A stretch of DNA of 35,295 bases from Chiloscyllium plagiosum (GCF_004010195.1 NC_057719.1:66800421-66835715), one strand, 5' to 3'; shown: positions 12,288-24,949, counted from the first letter of the stretch. The notes: generated by a model from the sequence alone, not told the origin. A program made the numbers and translations.

Positions 12288-13369
12288 CTATATAGGAAGT
12301 GAAACATTTAAAAAGATTGTGAATAATCCTTAGAACCATCTCTACATTTCTTTATTACTACATCCCTTTTCACTTATTTCTTTCTATTTGACTTTAAGTT
12401 GCTTTACCTAGGCCATGTCCCCAAATTAATATCTATATCTTAAGAATGCTTAATAACCATTCACTAGAAGATGGAGAAGACCTGTTCAGGTTGACATCTT
12501 CAACTTGACCTTCCTGCTTTAAAAAGTAGTACATGTTTCTCTGTTATGTTGAAATCAGAGATGCAATGTTGAATTGTGGACATCAACTACCTCCTTAATT
12601 TATTAAGGTATCATTTTGAAGAATACAAATGCATTAATATTTTTGAGGTTTGGTGCATATTGAGTTTCCTTCCTGTTGTGAAGGGGAAAAGGAAAGGAGA
12701 AACGGAGAGAGATTAAGCACGAAGTCCAAACTCTTATGGAAAAAATGAAAGGAGCATAAACAAAGCTGCGTAAGTGAGCACTTGACTTTTTTTTAAAATT
12801 GCAGAAGTGCTGACATTCTAATCACAATTTAGAAAAACACAGCAAATGGAAAGAATGAATAACCCAACCTTTCGGTGGGTATCTCATGTAAATATTACTC
12901 TTGGAAAAATCAGCATACTTTTATACAACGTATATGAGTGCACATTAGATCCAGGCTTTTGATAGGAGTGCTCAAACTAAGAATCCCATTCCCAATACTA
13001 AAAAATTGTAGGAAATGATTCAGCATTAACAGATACAGCCGATTCTGCTAAAGTGTGTCTTTTGTTAACACAAGTTGGCTGTAATGTGATTGGTGAATTG
13101 GGAACGCTGTTTCTCAACCTCAAATTTGTAAAACGTGTGTCAGCTGGAATACAATTAGATTGCCAATACAAAGTGTTATTTGCATTGCACAGAGTTGCAC
13201 AGGAATGGAACTATCGTGTTTCAAGGAATGACTGTACAGCTTGAAATAATGAAGTAGTCAAGTAATAGAAAGGATAGCTCAGAGAAGTCAAAATTCAGAG
13301 AAACACATGACTTTTTCATTGAAAAAGCACACTAAAACATCCCCAAATCCTTTTTGCACAAAAAACAAA

Positions 13370-13590
13370 ACAGAAATTTCTGGAAAAGCTCAGCCCGTCT
13401 GGCAGTATCCGTGGAGAAAAACCATATCTAACGTTTAGAGTCAAGTGTCCAGTGACCTTTAAAACATTTCCGAAGAAGGGCCACTGGACCCAAAATGTTA
13501 ACTCCGACTTCTCACCACAGATGCCACCAGACCTGCTGAGCTTTTCTAGAAATTTCTGTTATGTTTCTGATTTTTAGCATCCGCATTTCT
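13370..13590. mobile_element. Palindromic (fold-back) Penelope-derived element
   Basis: Arm cagaaatttctggaaaagctcagc...gtctggca...gtccagtgacctt pairs with aagggccactggac...ccagacctgctgagcttttctagaaatttctg around a centre near 13465. Confidence 0.75.
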
Positions 13591-13666
13591 TTAGATTCTT
13601 AAATCTTTAAACATTGACAACTACCGTGATTCAAATATTTTACTTAAGTATGCATACAATACACAC

Positions 13667-13920
13667 CTGAGAGACACATTATTAAGAAATGTCAGGAAGT
13701 AGCGCAGTGTATCTGCAGTTCTCTCAGGCAGTAAACAAGATAGAAGAATTGTGGCAGAAATGCTTTCATCATTTTGCAGTTGCTGTGCTTTGAAGAAGGC
13801 TTCATGCAATTCCTTTGGGAGCACAGGCTCAGGTAGCTCCCTGAAAAACTGTTTCACCAGCCCTGCCACATCACAAGGGGGAGCCATAGTAATACATTTT
13901 TCACCTTGATCCACTTTAGC
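13667..13920 (-). CDS. ARHGAP11A: ARHGAP11A coding exon 4 (AKVDQGEK...[20 protein letters not shown]...[13 protein letters not shown])
   Basis: Within ORF 13621..14007; ccag| acceptor and AG|gtgtgt donor, 254 bp, phase 0 to 2; [11 protein letters not shown]hoGAP motif. Confidence 0.97.
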
Positions 13921-14266
13921 CTGGTTGGACAAACAAACAATTACAACAATGTATACACTTTTCATTAAATTTGGGGGAGGCAGCAGCAGCAGATTGGATG
14001 ATGCCATATGGGCATACCTATCCTACTTGTTATAGACAAAATAAATTTTATTAAGCATAAAAATAGGGAGAAAGACCTTAAAATGGAAACAGCCTACCAG
14101 GAGCAATTAATCTAATTATATATAACAACTTAATTTGACATTTTATATGAAATCCCTATTTCATCCAGCATTGGTCAATTTTCTCAATTTTTTGGAGGGC
14201 ATCTTGAGTAACTTATTGTACAGTGTACTATGATCTTAAAGGAGATTTTTAAAAAGTATTGATTAC

Positions 14267-14363
14267 CTTTAAAGCTTTAAGGCGAATCACTGATCCTGAT
14301 TTTCTGAAGAGCCCTTCTGTGTGATTATGCTTTTCTAAATAGTTACAAGCATCAACTAGAAAT
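14267..14363 (-). CDS. ARHGAP11A: ARHGAP11A coding exon 3 ([32 protein letters not shown]), arginine finger
   Basis: tttacag| acceptor and |gtaatc donor, 97 bp, phase 2 to 0; EGLFRKSG catalytic-arginine motif intact. Confidence 0.97.
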
Positions 14364-14696
14364 CTGTAAAGTAATATCATGACTGATCGTTACAAACCAT
14401 CAAATACAGTGACTGTTACTGTGACATCTGTCTAATATCAGAAAACTTTCAAGCTTTAAATGTTTTTCAGTTACCACAAAAAAAGATATTAAATGAGCTT
14501 CAAAAGAGAAAACATGAATATAGCGGGAACAGTTTTCACTGAAATACACTCAGTAAATATTCCAAAATAAAATGCACCAAGGAATCCTGAAGGCTTGAAT
14601 TCTGAAACTTGATTTTAATTTCAGATTGCAATCCTGACATTGTGATAACTTTGGGTTGAGACCCCCACAATAGGAAATAAAGTGGCATAGTGATAA

Positions 14697-15050
14697 TGAA
14701 TTGAATTGAATTAGCTTTATGGTCACATGTACTCAAATGAGTACAGTGAAACGTTTATACATCACCACTGAGGTACACCTTCGGTACAAAGGTATCTATG
14801 TAAAATCCTTAGTTACAGAGTAGAGAAACGATGAAAAAAGGTACATACAGCATTACAGCGTATGACCATAGGTCAGAAGAAGAAAAAAAAAACAAGCAGC
14901 AAAGTTAAAAAGCAAACATCACAGTCTGTCTCCAAAGGCTCTCCATAGCAGACCAATGCAGGAGGCCTCCATATGGTATAACCACTGGCTGCCACCACGC
15001 ATCACACTGGGCCGCTGCTTGCTGGCATCCCCACTCGGGCTGCTGGTGAG
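14697..15050 (-). mobile_element. Probable non-LTR element 3' portion with a (TTCAA)n tail; clade and far boundary uncertain
   Basis: gaattgaattgaatt-agctttat-ggtcacatgtac pattern, i.e. a poly(A)-signal-like hexamer plus a short tandem tail on the minus strand. Confidence 0.4.
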
Positions 15051-15209
15051 GGTTTAAATCTAAACATGGCTGATGGTGAATGGACTACATATTTGTATCA
15101 CTTCGGTATTGAAGTTTAAATATCACATTATTCAGATGATAGACAGACATCCTTTTGACTGGACGATAGTATCCCATTAATGGTGAACACAACTCATATT
15201 GCTACTAAA

Positions 15210-15494
15210 TAGATTAGATTTAGATTAGATTCCCTACAGTGCGGAAACAGGCCCTTCAGCCCAACAAGTCCACACCGACCCTCCGAAGAGTAACCCACCC
15301 AGACCCATTTCCCTCTGACCAATGCACCTAGCACTATGGGCAATTTATCATGGCCAATTCACATGACCTGCACATCTTTGGACTGTGGGAGGAAACCCAA
15401 GCAGACACAGGGAGAATGTGCAAACTCCACACAGACAGTCACCCAAGGCTGAGAATTGAACCTGGGACCCTGGTGCTGTGACGCAGCAGTGCTA
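15210..15494 (-). mobile_element. HE1-like V-SINE, lacking the extreme 5' end
   Basis: Minus strand has a B-box (ggttcaattc), the V-domain gtctgtgtggagtttgcacattctccc, a CR1-derived tail gggcctgtttccgcactgtaggga and an (AATCT)n end. Confidence 0.9.
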
Positions 15495-16254
15495 TCAGTA
15501 GCAATGTGAACTAGCTGCATCTGTTGCTCAAACGTTTGAAATACCTTACCTTTCTCAGGTAAACCAAGGTGGAATAAACATGTTTCCGAACCCAAGATGA
15601 CAACATTAGGGAGCTTCATGAGATCATGTGATATACAATGAGAATTTTATCAGGGTAGTCATTACCATGCACGACGACTTGTTACACATTACACCAACAT
15701 TACAGCTGTACTGTGAACATATGGCTTAGGCCTATTTACAAGATTGCCAATCAGGCTAAACTCATAGTGCAGGAACTATAGGAACCCAAACTTGTTTGCT
15801 GATCAGTGAAGGTAAGTTTGTGGTAGCCAGAAGAAGAAAACACTGTAGACAAATTCTCAAACAGGACATCAAGCAAAGGAAGCTCATTTGATTGATTCAC
15901 TTCAAACATGAATCTGAGCACAGGATGGAGTTCATAACGACGTGACAGGAAACTATGGATTCAAATATGGCAAATTTATCATTTACATATTGTACTGTAA
16001 ATATGCAGAATAGGAGATCAGGTGTCAAAATGTCAGTTGAAAGATATGCTTTTCATAGAATCCAACAAATATGTTTGAGAAAGCTGGGCTTAGCAAAGAT
16101 CCCAAGGTAACACAATTTATTGTACATACTCTACATGGTGTTGTTAAAACTAAACTCACCTTGTGAGTTGCTGAGCTCATATACTGATTAATACTGTGGC
16201 AGGAATGGTAAAAAGGCTTGTAATGTTACATCATGCTGTATCTCGCACAAACTG

Positions 16255-16460
16255 ATGAGCAGCCCTCAAAATCTGGCAGTTACTGTCGGTCATTAACCGG
16301 TGCATTGTCTGTGGTGATACATCTACTAAAGTCCGCTTGCGAGCCAATCAGCACTCTCCCCTTGTACAGTATAAATGTGATTTCCTCTTCAGTTGGTATT
16401 CTTGTGAATTGTTCTTATGAGTGCAAGATGAAAAGCTTTGACAAAGTATCTTTATTCAGC
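16255..16460 (+). mobile_element. Penelope-like pseudo-LTR fragment (CCAAT, TATAAAT, then a minimal hammerhead motif)
   Basis: gccaatc near 16343, tataaat near 16370, TTGTT-CTTATGA-gtgcaagat-GAA-AAGCTT-T-GACAA at 16409-16444. Confidence 0.6.
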
Positions 16461-16837
16461 ACTCAAATGCTGTACTACCAAACTACAAAAAAATTGTCAA
16501 TGTTGTCTGCTCCTGAACATTTAAAAGGATTTTAAATTATCCAAGTGACATTATTAATAAAGTGGGAAATAGGTTTAAGAATGATTTGAATTCGCAGTTC
16601 ATTGGAATAAACTGACTAAATGAAGATCAAGATCTAGTAAATAGAAAAATAGAATTAGCTTTCTAAAAGCACACTATCTTAGCAATTAAACAGGATTGTA
16701 TTTCAAACAAAATAATTCTCAGTTTTTTAACACAAACACTTGCTCACAAACATTTTCTAAATAAAACTAAGATCACTAAGTAAATATTTAAAATTCTTAG
16801 TCTTTTACCATGTAAGAAATTAATTCAACCTACTCAC

Positions 16838-16926
16838 TGTGGAATGACGGCATGTTCAACGACAGTGCTTTGTGGCAGAACATGCAGAGGGGTGCCAAAC
16901 ACTGCATTGCATATGATAGTCTTGTC
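16838..16926 (-). CDS. ARHGAP11A: ARHGAP11A coding exon 2 (DKTIICNAVFGTPLHVLPQSTVVEHAVIP)
   Basis: tttttag| acceptor and |gtgagt donor, 89 bp, phase 0 to 2; VFGxPL...IP motif at the start of RhoGAP domains (human GKIFGVPFNALP...HIP). Confidence 0.9.
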
Positions 16927-17231
16927 CTAAAAACAATGCATAAAGATGATATGAATGAATAATCAAATCAAATTTTGTATTACCAATGTTACCAAAATAA
17001 TTTAAAGAAAATACAAACACATGAAAATACACATCTGGTTCAATTCCAACAGAGTTCCTCTCTACATGTTAAATTTAACTTGACTATAACCTGGTCAACC
17101 CACATCTACATTTTCTGAAACCAGGCAAGAATTGCTATTGAATCCTTTCATACATTAGCAGTATTATATAATCAGATACAATATACATCTAAAAACCTAA
17201 GTGCCATGAATAAATGCCCCTCTCTCTATTG

Positions 17232-18360
17232 AAAGACTAGTTAGCAAGGTTAGATCTCATGGAATACAGGTAAAACTAGCCATTTGGATACAGAACTGGC
17301 TCAAAGGTAGAAGACAGAGGGTGGTGGTGGGGGGTTGCTTTTCAGACTGGAGGTCTGTGACCAGTGGAGTGCCACAAGGATTAGTGTTGGGCCCACTGTT
17401 CATCATTTATACAAATGATGTGGATGTGAACATGGGAGGTATAGTTAGTAAGTTTGCAGATGACACCAAAATTGGAGGTGTAGTGGACAGCGAAGGAGGT
17501 TACCTCAGATTACAACAGATCTTGATCAGATGGGCCAATGGGCTCAGGAGTGGCAGATAGAGTTTAATTTAGAAAAATGCGAGGGGCTGCATTTTAGAAA
17601 AGTAAATCATAACAGGACTTATGCACTTAAATGGTAAGGTCCTTGGAAGTGTTGCTGAACAAAGAGACCTTGGAATGCAGGTTCATAGTTCCTTGAAAGT
17701 AGAGTTGCAGGTAAATAGGATAGTGAAGGTGATGTTTGGTATGCTTTCCTTTATTGATCAGATTATTGAGTATAGGAGTTGTGAGGTCATGTTGTGGGTG
17801 CAGAGGACATTGCTAAGGCCACTTTTGGAATACTGCATGCAATTCTGGTCTCCTTCCTATCGCAAGGATGTTGTGAAACTTGAAAGGGTTCAGAAAAGAT
17901 TTACAAGACTGCTGCCAGGGTTGGAGGGGTTGAGCTATAGGGAGAGGCTGAATAGGCTGGGGCTGTTTGCCCTGGAGTGTCGGAGACCTTATACAGGTTT
18001 ATAAGGCCATGAGGGGCATGGATCAGATCAATAGACAAAGTCTTTTCCATGGAGTGGAGGAGTCCAGAAGTAAAGGGCATAGGTTTAGGGTAAGAGCGGA
18101 AAGATATAAAAGGGACCTAAGGGGCAACCTTTTCATGCAAAGGATGGTGCATGTATGGAATGAGCTGCCAGAGGAAGTGGAGGAGGCTGGTACAAATGCA
18201 GCATTTAAAAAGACATGTGGATGGATATATGAGTAGGAAGAGTTGAGGGATATGGGCCTAGTGCTGGCAAATGGGACTAGATTAGGAAAGGATATAAAAG
18301 GTCAGCATGGATGAGTTAGACCGAAGGTTCTGTTTCTGTGCTATACATCTTTATGAATCT
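17232..18360 (+). mobile_element. 5'-truncated CR1-clade LINE
   Basis: SGVPQGLVLGP, KFADDTK, RPLLEYCMQFWSP, LERVQKRFTR and WNELPEEV in three successive frames, followed by the 3' UTR. Confidence 0.96.
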
Positions 18361-18454
18361 CTTGGAACAAGCATGCTGAAGCAAAATAGGCACACTACCA
18401 CTATACAACTAGCAGACATAACAAATATTGCACATTATGGTATTCAAGAGGGCT

Positions 18455-18572
18455 CTGGATGATTATTTGGATAGAAATGTTGTGCAAGGATATGGTGAAA
18501 AGGCAGGAGATTGGCACTAATTAATAGAAGCAGTACAGGGACAATGGGCTGAATAGACTCCTTCTGCACCTA
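18455..18572 (+). mobile_element. Short old CR1 3'-end fragment
   Basis: aaggatatggtgaaaaggcagg...atgggctgaatagactccttctg tail pattern. Confidence 0.55.
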
Positions 18573-20849
18573 ACTCTGAATATGTGAATATTCTGTTATA
18601 ATTTTAATTTTAGCAGTGTGAAAATGAAAAAGAACTTAATTCATATCCGCAATGAAAAAAAAATCAACATATTTAGTAAGGAGAAGCAAAGAGGAACACA
18701 GCTTGACAAAGGACATTGTGAAAAAGATATGGTCATGGCAAACAATTTATTGGCTGAACACAGACACTAAATCTTTTTAAATTTAACCAGGGACACTGAC
18801 AAACTAAAAGAAGCTTTCACAATTTACATTATTATGTAGTCAACATTCCACTCCACTGGGATGGAGGCACAGACTCAATGAAGACCCGACCGGATCCAAT
18901 TAACGTCTGGAAATGTGCAATCAAAATGGAGATACAGTATTCATATCATTCAATCATAAATGAACCAGCCATTCTGAATTTGTTGCTTGGATAAAATACC
19001 TTGACCCCTTAAGTTAAGAGTGCAGACGGAGTGAATATACGCTGGAGTGTTGAACTTCTTTTAATAATAGTTAAGGATTACATCATGTGCGCAGCAAAGT
19101 TGTGTGTGCGTTTAAGGATATGTTTTGACAGAACGAACACCAGCAGTGAGAAGAAGCTGCCACACCTCTCTCTGTATCGCCACCTACAATGACTAAAATG
19201 AGTTTGACTAGGCCTACATTACTGAGGTATTTTAAAGGAAAATTTCTATTTCCATAACATGTGTGGAATAAAATAAAGATCTTTTCAGGTACAACCTCAA
19301 TTGTTAGCTGTTCACCAAAGTCTTTGGATAGTTATAGCCAGACCACATAACCAGTAGCAATCAATGAATTCTCTTTTTTTCTAACCCTCCTTTATGTTAA
19401 CTTGACCAAAATTAACCGCTTCAACTCTAATTTGTATTCCAACATATTTGAATGAAATTTTTCTGTTTGGGTACACGTCAGGAAGTATTTTACATTTTGT
19501 ATTTCTTCTTTCACCTGGGTAGATTTCAGTACAATAAACAACCCCTTCCTTGTTTAAATCACGAAGGTCTGTATGGCTAGTTCTTTAACCTCAGCACATT
19601 GTTACAACTAGATGAGAAGGGGTTCCTTTCTTTCTAAACTTCTCAGCTGGTTGTAAAGGTCCAAGATCTTTTTAACACTAGGCTATTCCTCTTTCCAAAA
19701 AGATGTCATGAACTATCTTTTAATATTGCAGTAAGGAAACAAACAAGTTTTCTTGACTTAAAAAACAAAACATTCACTCCCTGCAAACACAAAAAAAAGC
19801 ACAATATGAAGCATGCAGCCTTTGTGTTGAACAAACAAATTAAAACAAACACACACACATACACGCACAGTTAACAATGGGATAGTATCTAGTATAGAAA
19901 TAGATAAAATATACAGTTGATTATTTTGGGCATCCTTGAGACACATGTTTTAATCTGAGCCATGACTGGTTTACTGAGTTCTTAGATGATCAGCAGCAAT
20001 AAATATACCACTTTTATGTTCTCAGTTCCTTGATGCTTCTGTTTAGTAAGTACTGTGACTGGATGCTTTGCTTCAAGAGATAGGGAGACCTTCATTAGAC
20101 TGTGATTAGTTCTGCAGTCTAAAATCCATCTCTCCTGCTCTGCGAAAGGGAGCTTCTTGAAATAGCATCTTCATTGTATACTGCTTATGCAAAGTTCAGG
20201 TGTCCAGCTTGATAACTATAGGTGATGTTTCAGCTCCAAAATGTGAAAAGTTTCATTAATAGATCAAAATAGGAGATGGTTTTTATTGTTCTTTGGTAGA
20301 ATATTAGTTGCAACTCAGACTGGCTTTAGATAATCCAGTTTGCAGGGTCAGAGTTGCTGTGATATGGTAGAGTTTTCCATATATATTAAAGCCTGGAGCT
20401 CTGAACAGTATTAAGATGCTGCTATTTCTTTCCATCACATGTTTACATTTGTTTATATTTGCATTTTAGCATCTATCCAAATCAGGAGCAGAAGCAGGTC
20501 ATACAGCTCAAATCCAGCTCCTCTATTCAATAAGTTCATGGCTGAATTTATTTCTGTTTAAAATCCCACATTCCTATCTACCCCCAATAACATTGATTCC
20601 CTTGCCCAACAAGAACTTATTTACCTCTGTTTAAGATCTACATACTTCCTGCCAAAGGAAGTAACTTTACAATTTCCCTCATTTATTCTTCATCTGCCAA
20701 ATTATTGTCCACTTATTCAACCTATATATATATCCATTTGCAACCTCAATCTCTGCATAACATATCTTTCAAACTATCTTTGCCATCTGTAAATTTGGCT
20801 ACCATGCCTTCACTTGCCTCATCTGAATTGATGATGTAAATGGCAAAAA

Positions 20850-20941
20850 TTTAGATTTAGATTTAGATTACTTACAGTGTGGAAACAGGCCCTTCGGCCC
20901 AACAAGTCCACACCGCCCCGCCGAAGCGCAGCCCACCCATA
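20850..20941 (-). mobile_element. 3' tail of an HE1/HER1-type SINE or LINE running into the N-gap
   Basis: ttagatttagatttagatt-acttacagtgtggaaacaggcccttcggcccaacaagtccacaccg, similar to 15210-15280; CpGs retained, so probably young. Confidence 0.85.
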
Positions 20942-21441
20942 NNNNNNNNNNNNNNNNNNNNNNNNNNNNNNNNNNNNNNNNNNNNNNNNNNNNNNNNNNN
21001 NNNNNNNNNNNNNNNNNNNNNNNNNNNNNNNNNNNNNNNNNNNNNNNNNNNNNNNNNNNNNNNNNNNNNNNNNNNNNNNNNNNNNNNNNNNNNNNNNNNN
21101 NNNNNNNNNNNNNNNNNNNNNNNNNNNNNNNNNNNNNNNNNNNNNNNNNNNNNNNNNNNNNNNNNNNNNNNNNNNNNNNNNNNNNNNNNNNNNNNNNNNN
21201 NNNNNNNNNNNNNNNNNNNNNNNNNNNNNNNNNNNNNNNNNNNNNNNNNNNNNNNNNNNNNNNNNNNNNNNNNNNNNNNNNNNNNNNNNNNNNNNNNNNN
21301 NNNNNNNNNNNNNNNNNNNNNNNNNNNNNNNNNNNNNNNNNNNNNNNNNNNNNNNNNNNNNNNNNNNNNNNNNNNNNNNNNNNNNNNNNNNNNNNNNNNN
21401 NNNNNNNNNNNNNNNNNNNNNNNNNNNNNNNNNNNNNNNNN
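20942..21441. other. Assembly gap (500 N, probably nominal size)
   Basis: N run, flanked by a SINE/LINE tail on the left and an LTR end on the right. Confidence 1.
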
Positions 21442-21471
21442 GGTCCTTGACCTTGAGAATTTTTTAAAACA
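21442..21471 (+). mobile_element. 3' end of another copy of the same LTR; the remainder is in the N-gap
   Basis: 30/30 reverse-complement identity to 25865-25894, ending AAAACA and followed by unrelated sequence GTGAGCATG. Confidence 0.85.
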
Positions 21472-22377
21472 GTGAGCATGTCTGATATTTAAATACGAGC
21501 TGCTAGAAACTCTGCAATAATTCATTGACTTCAAGATGTGATCCAAATACCAGTGATCGGAGTCAGCATTAAAGCTCTGAATTCAAATAAAACAAAGTAA
21601 TTCACATCCATTTGAAATCAAAGCAAAGTTGGATCAAATTACAAACTGGAAAAACTGCAATCACCTACATTCAGTTGGTAATTACTTAGATTATTTGGAC
21701 AACTACTTGGATCCAACTAATACAAATTATTAAGGAAGAATGGAAACAGATGAACAATCGTTATGCATCAGGGAATTGACGAGCTTCAATTAAATGAGTT
21801 GAAAAATAAAGTTTGAAAATACTTGCAAAAGAAAAATATTAAATTTAGTCTTATCCATGTAAACATTGATTTTCTTGTCATTCTCTGATTTAGCCCTGTC
21901 CAACATAAACACTGTAACTCACTGTTTAAAGAAACAATATAAACATTATATTTATTTCACTTAAATGTACACTCCTGGACCAATGATAGTCTGCGATTCA
22001 ATACACTGAATTCACTCCCCAGCATCCAGCTTTTTAATCTTTATATTCTTCACCATTCATCCACTCAGGACCAGCTTCCCATGACAACAGTGACATTGCA
22101 CAATATGTTTGCATCAAAGTGCTGTTGAGGACAGTCTTTAATTTACTATAAGTTAGAAACTGGTCTGGATCCATCTCAACTGTCTGGACAGTCCGATCCA
22201 GTCTCCCACATATGGCGTCAGCCAGAGCACCAGCCACAACATGCTCAGGTGGAAACCGTCCCATTGGCACAACGTGCACACAGAATTTCACTGACACCCA
22301 TTCTTCCCAAACGTGAAATGTGACAAAGACTCAATTATTTTAATGCATGACGCATTTTATGGGAGGAAACAACTTCA

Positions 22378-23332
22378 ATAGAGTCATTGAGATGTACAGC
22401 ACAGAAGCAAACCCTTTGGTCCAACTCATCCATGCTGACCAGATATCCTAACCCAATCTAGTCCCACCTGCCAGCACCCACCCCATATCCCTCTAAACCC
22501 TTCCTATTCATATATCCATCCAGATGCCTTTCAAATGTTACAATTGTACCAGCCTCCACCCCTTCCTCTGGCAGCTCATTCCATACACCCTCTGTGAAAA
22601 AGTTGCCCCTTAGGTCCTTTCTATATCTTTCCCCTCTCACCCTTAACCTATGCCCTCTAGTTCTGGACTCCACCACCCCAGGGAAAAGACATTGTCTATT
22701 TATCCTATACATATCCCTCATGATTTTATAAACATATACAATGTCACGCCTCAGCCTCCGACGTGCCAGGGAAAACAGTCCCAGCCTATTCAACCTCTCC
22801 CTGTAGCTCAAATCCTCCAACCCTGGCAACATCCTTGGAAATCTTTTCTGAACCCTTTCAAGTTTCACAACATCTTTCCGATAGGAAGGAGACCAGAATT
22901 GGATGCAATATTCCAACAGTGGCCAAACCAATGTCCTGTACAGCCGCAACATGACCTCCCAACTCCTGTACTCAATACTCTGACCAATAAAGGAAAGCAT
23001 ACCAAATGCTTTCTTCACTATCCTATCTACCTGCGACTCTACTTTCAAGGAGCTATGAGCCTGCACTCCAAGGTCTCTTTGTTCAGCAGCACTCCCTAGG
23101 ACTTTACCATTAAGTGCATAAGGCCTTCTAAGATTTGCTTTCCCAAAATACAGCAGTTCGCATTTATCTAAATTAAACTCCATCTGCCACTCCGCAGCCC
23201 ATTGGTCCATCTGATCAAGATCTGTTGTACTCTGAGGTAACCTTCTTCACTGTCCACTACACCTTCAATTTTGGTGTCATCTGCAAACTTATTAACTATA
23301 CCTCCCATGTTCACATCCACATCATTTATATA
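22378..23332 (-). mobile_element. 5'-truncated CR1-clade LINE, same subfamily as 17232-18360, inverted relative to it
   Basis: ORF 22458..23210 (250 aa: WQMEFNLDKC, ERDLGV-like motif, PLLEYCIQFWSP, WNELPEE) is the CR1 ORF2 C-terminus. Confidence 0.96.
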
Positions 23333-23849
23333 ATACACTGCAGAAGGTATTGTCTGATTTGTGTAGTGTTGAATACCTACAGTAGCTAAATGTCAGCTTT
23401 CTTGGTTAATATCATGCTGTGTTGTCAAATTAAATTTTATGCACACTAAGTGCAAATCACAGCAATGTGGTGCAGGAGGAGGCCATTCAGCCTATTGCCT
23501 ATCAGAGGGGTGGGTGGGATGACGACTCCAAGTCATGCAGAGACAGAAGTTGATTCATTTGAGTTGACTGCAACTAATCCATCCACCACTAGACGAGAGA
23601 TCTAACTGTTTGAAAAGTCTCTGCTCAGTGTTTTAGGTTTTTTCTATTCTTGTTTTAGCAGCGTCTACAAAGCTAATAAAATATTTTTTAAAAAACACAA
23701 AATAACTAAATAATTGATTAAGACACATTCAGAATGTCATGAGTGATATGTCACAATTGCAGCATGCAGGAGTTCCTGGAAGTCAATTTGATCCAGAGCA
23801 AAAGACCAAGACCAGACCAGACCAGACAAGACACAAGGATGCATTTTCT

Positions 23850-24760
23850 GAAATAAGAAGACGGTTGATGAAATAACTTATTTTGACTGGCATCTCAAGC
23901 TGCTGTTATCAACACACTCTGTTGCTCAATAGTTGGCACTGCTGTTTTGGGAGTGATTGAATTTAACCCCATATATTTGAATGGAACAAAATAGCAAGAT
24001 CAGACTAATGGATGGGCAATTGAGCACATTTCATGAAAGTTTAATCTGCAGTGTTCTGTCAATTCAATTATATAGAGATCAAATGTTTTGAGTAGGAAGT
24101 ATTTCCGAGAGTTAAAACTGGAAGCAAGTTCAGAAAAGTGCAGTACCCAAACAAAACAGAAGCACAAAAGGTCCTACAAGTCAAATGGAATCTAGAACCT
24201 CGCAACATGCATTCAGTATGAACCAAGAGACAAAAACAGTGGTAATCAGAAGAAACTAAAGTGAAGATTGAAGTAGGTGGTGCCACACTGCAATAAGTTT
24301 GTCGAACTAGAACTAACTAGTAGATGATCATGATAGATACGATTCCAAGTCAGAAATTTGTACAAGATTGGGTCACATTAACAAGAAAACACAAGTCTGC
24401 AATGTGCAAAAAAGAACTAATTTGTACAGTCTATCCAGTTTCCTGTCTGCCTCAAAAACGTAGACAATGAATAAAGATCAGTGAAAGAAAATAGAGGCTT
24501 TTGAAATGTGGAATGCCTAAAATTTCCATCCTAACACGATTTTAAGCACTTCTTCAAAAGTGACTCGCACAAAGGAAAACTGATGTGATCAGTATCTCAG
24601 TCATTTGATCAGAGCTGAAAAGACATAGAAATATCTTCTGGAGGACTAAGTGGAGGGCAGCAGCGGCTGAAGAAGACAGAAGTCGGTCGCAGAACAGCAT
24701 GCTGAAGATGGCACAAAACAAATGTGGACGTCAACCAACAATGGCAACTCTGGGAGGAGT
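23850..24760 (+). mobile_element. Highly decayed RTE-clade LINE; boundaries approximate
   Basis: aaaatagaggcttttgaaatgtgg reads KIEAFEMW, an RTE post-RT motif; downstream cttctggaggactaagtggagggcagcagcggctgaagaagacag resembles the EGK.EG.R.RGR motif. Confidence 0.65.
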
Positions 24761-24949
24761 AGTTACAATAGGAGGAAGTGGAGTACGATATTTTGTTGAC
24801 ACCTCTCTAGTCCAATTTAAACATTATAATCCTGTGTGACCTCCCTCCACTACACCACACCGCCCGCAGTCGATTCTCAGTCCAGTTCAATATAAACATG
24901 ACACTTCATTCCGAATCCATAGTAAACATTGTGTTTGAAGGTGAAATCT

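Noticed and set aside
20868..21546. ORFs spanning N runs (also 25489-25935)
   Set aside because: Artefacts of translating through assembly gaps.
22034..22297. 87-aa minus-strand ORF in intron 1
   Set aside because: Non-ATG start, no recognisable domain and no convincing splice sites; possibly old transposon debris.
22458..23210. 250-aa ORF as a host gene
   Set aside because: It is the C-terminal part of CR1 ORF2 in a 5'-truncated copy that lacks most of the RT domain.
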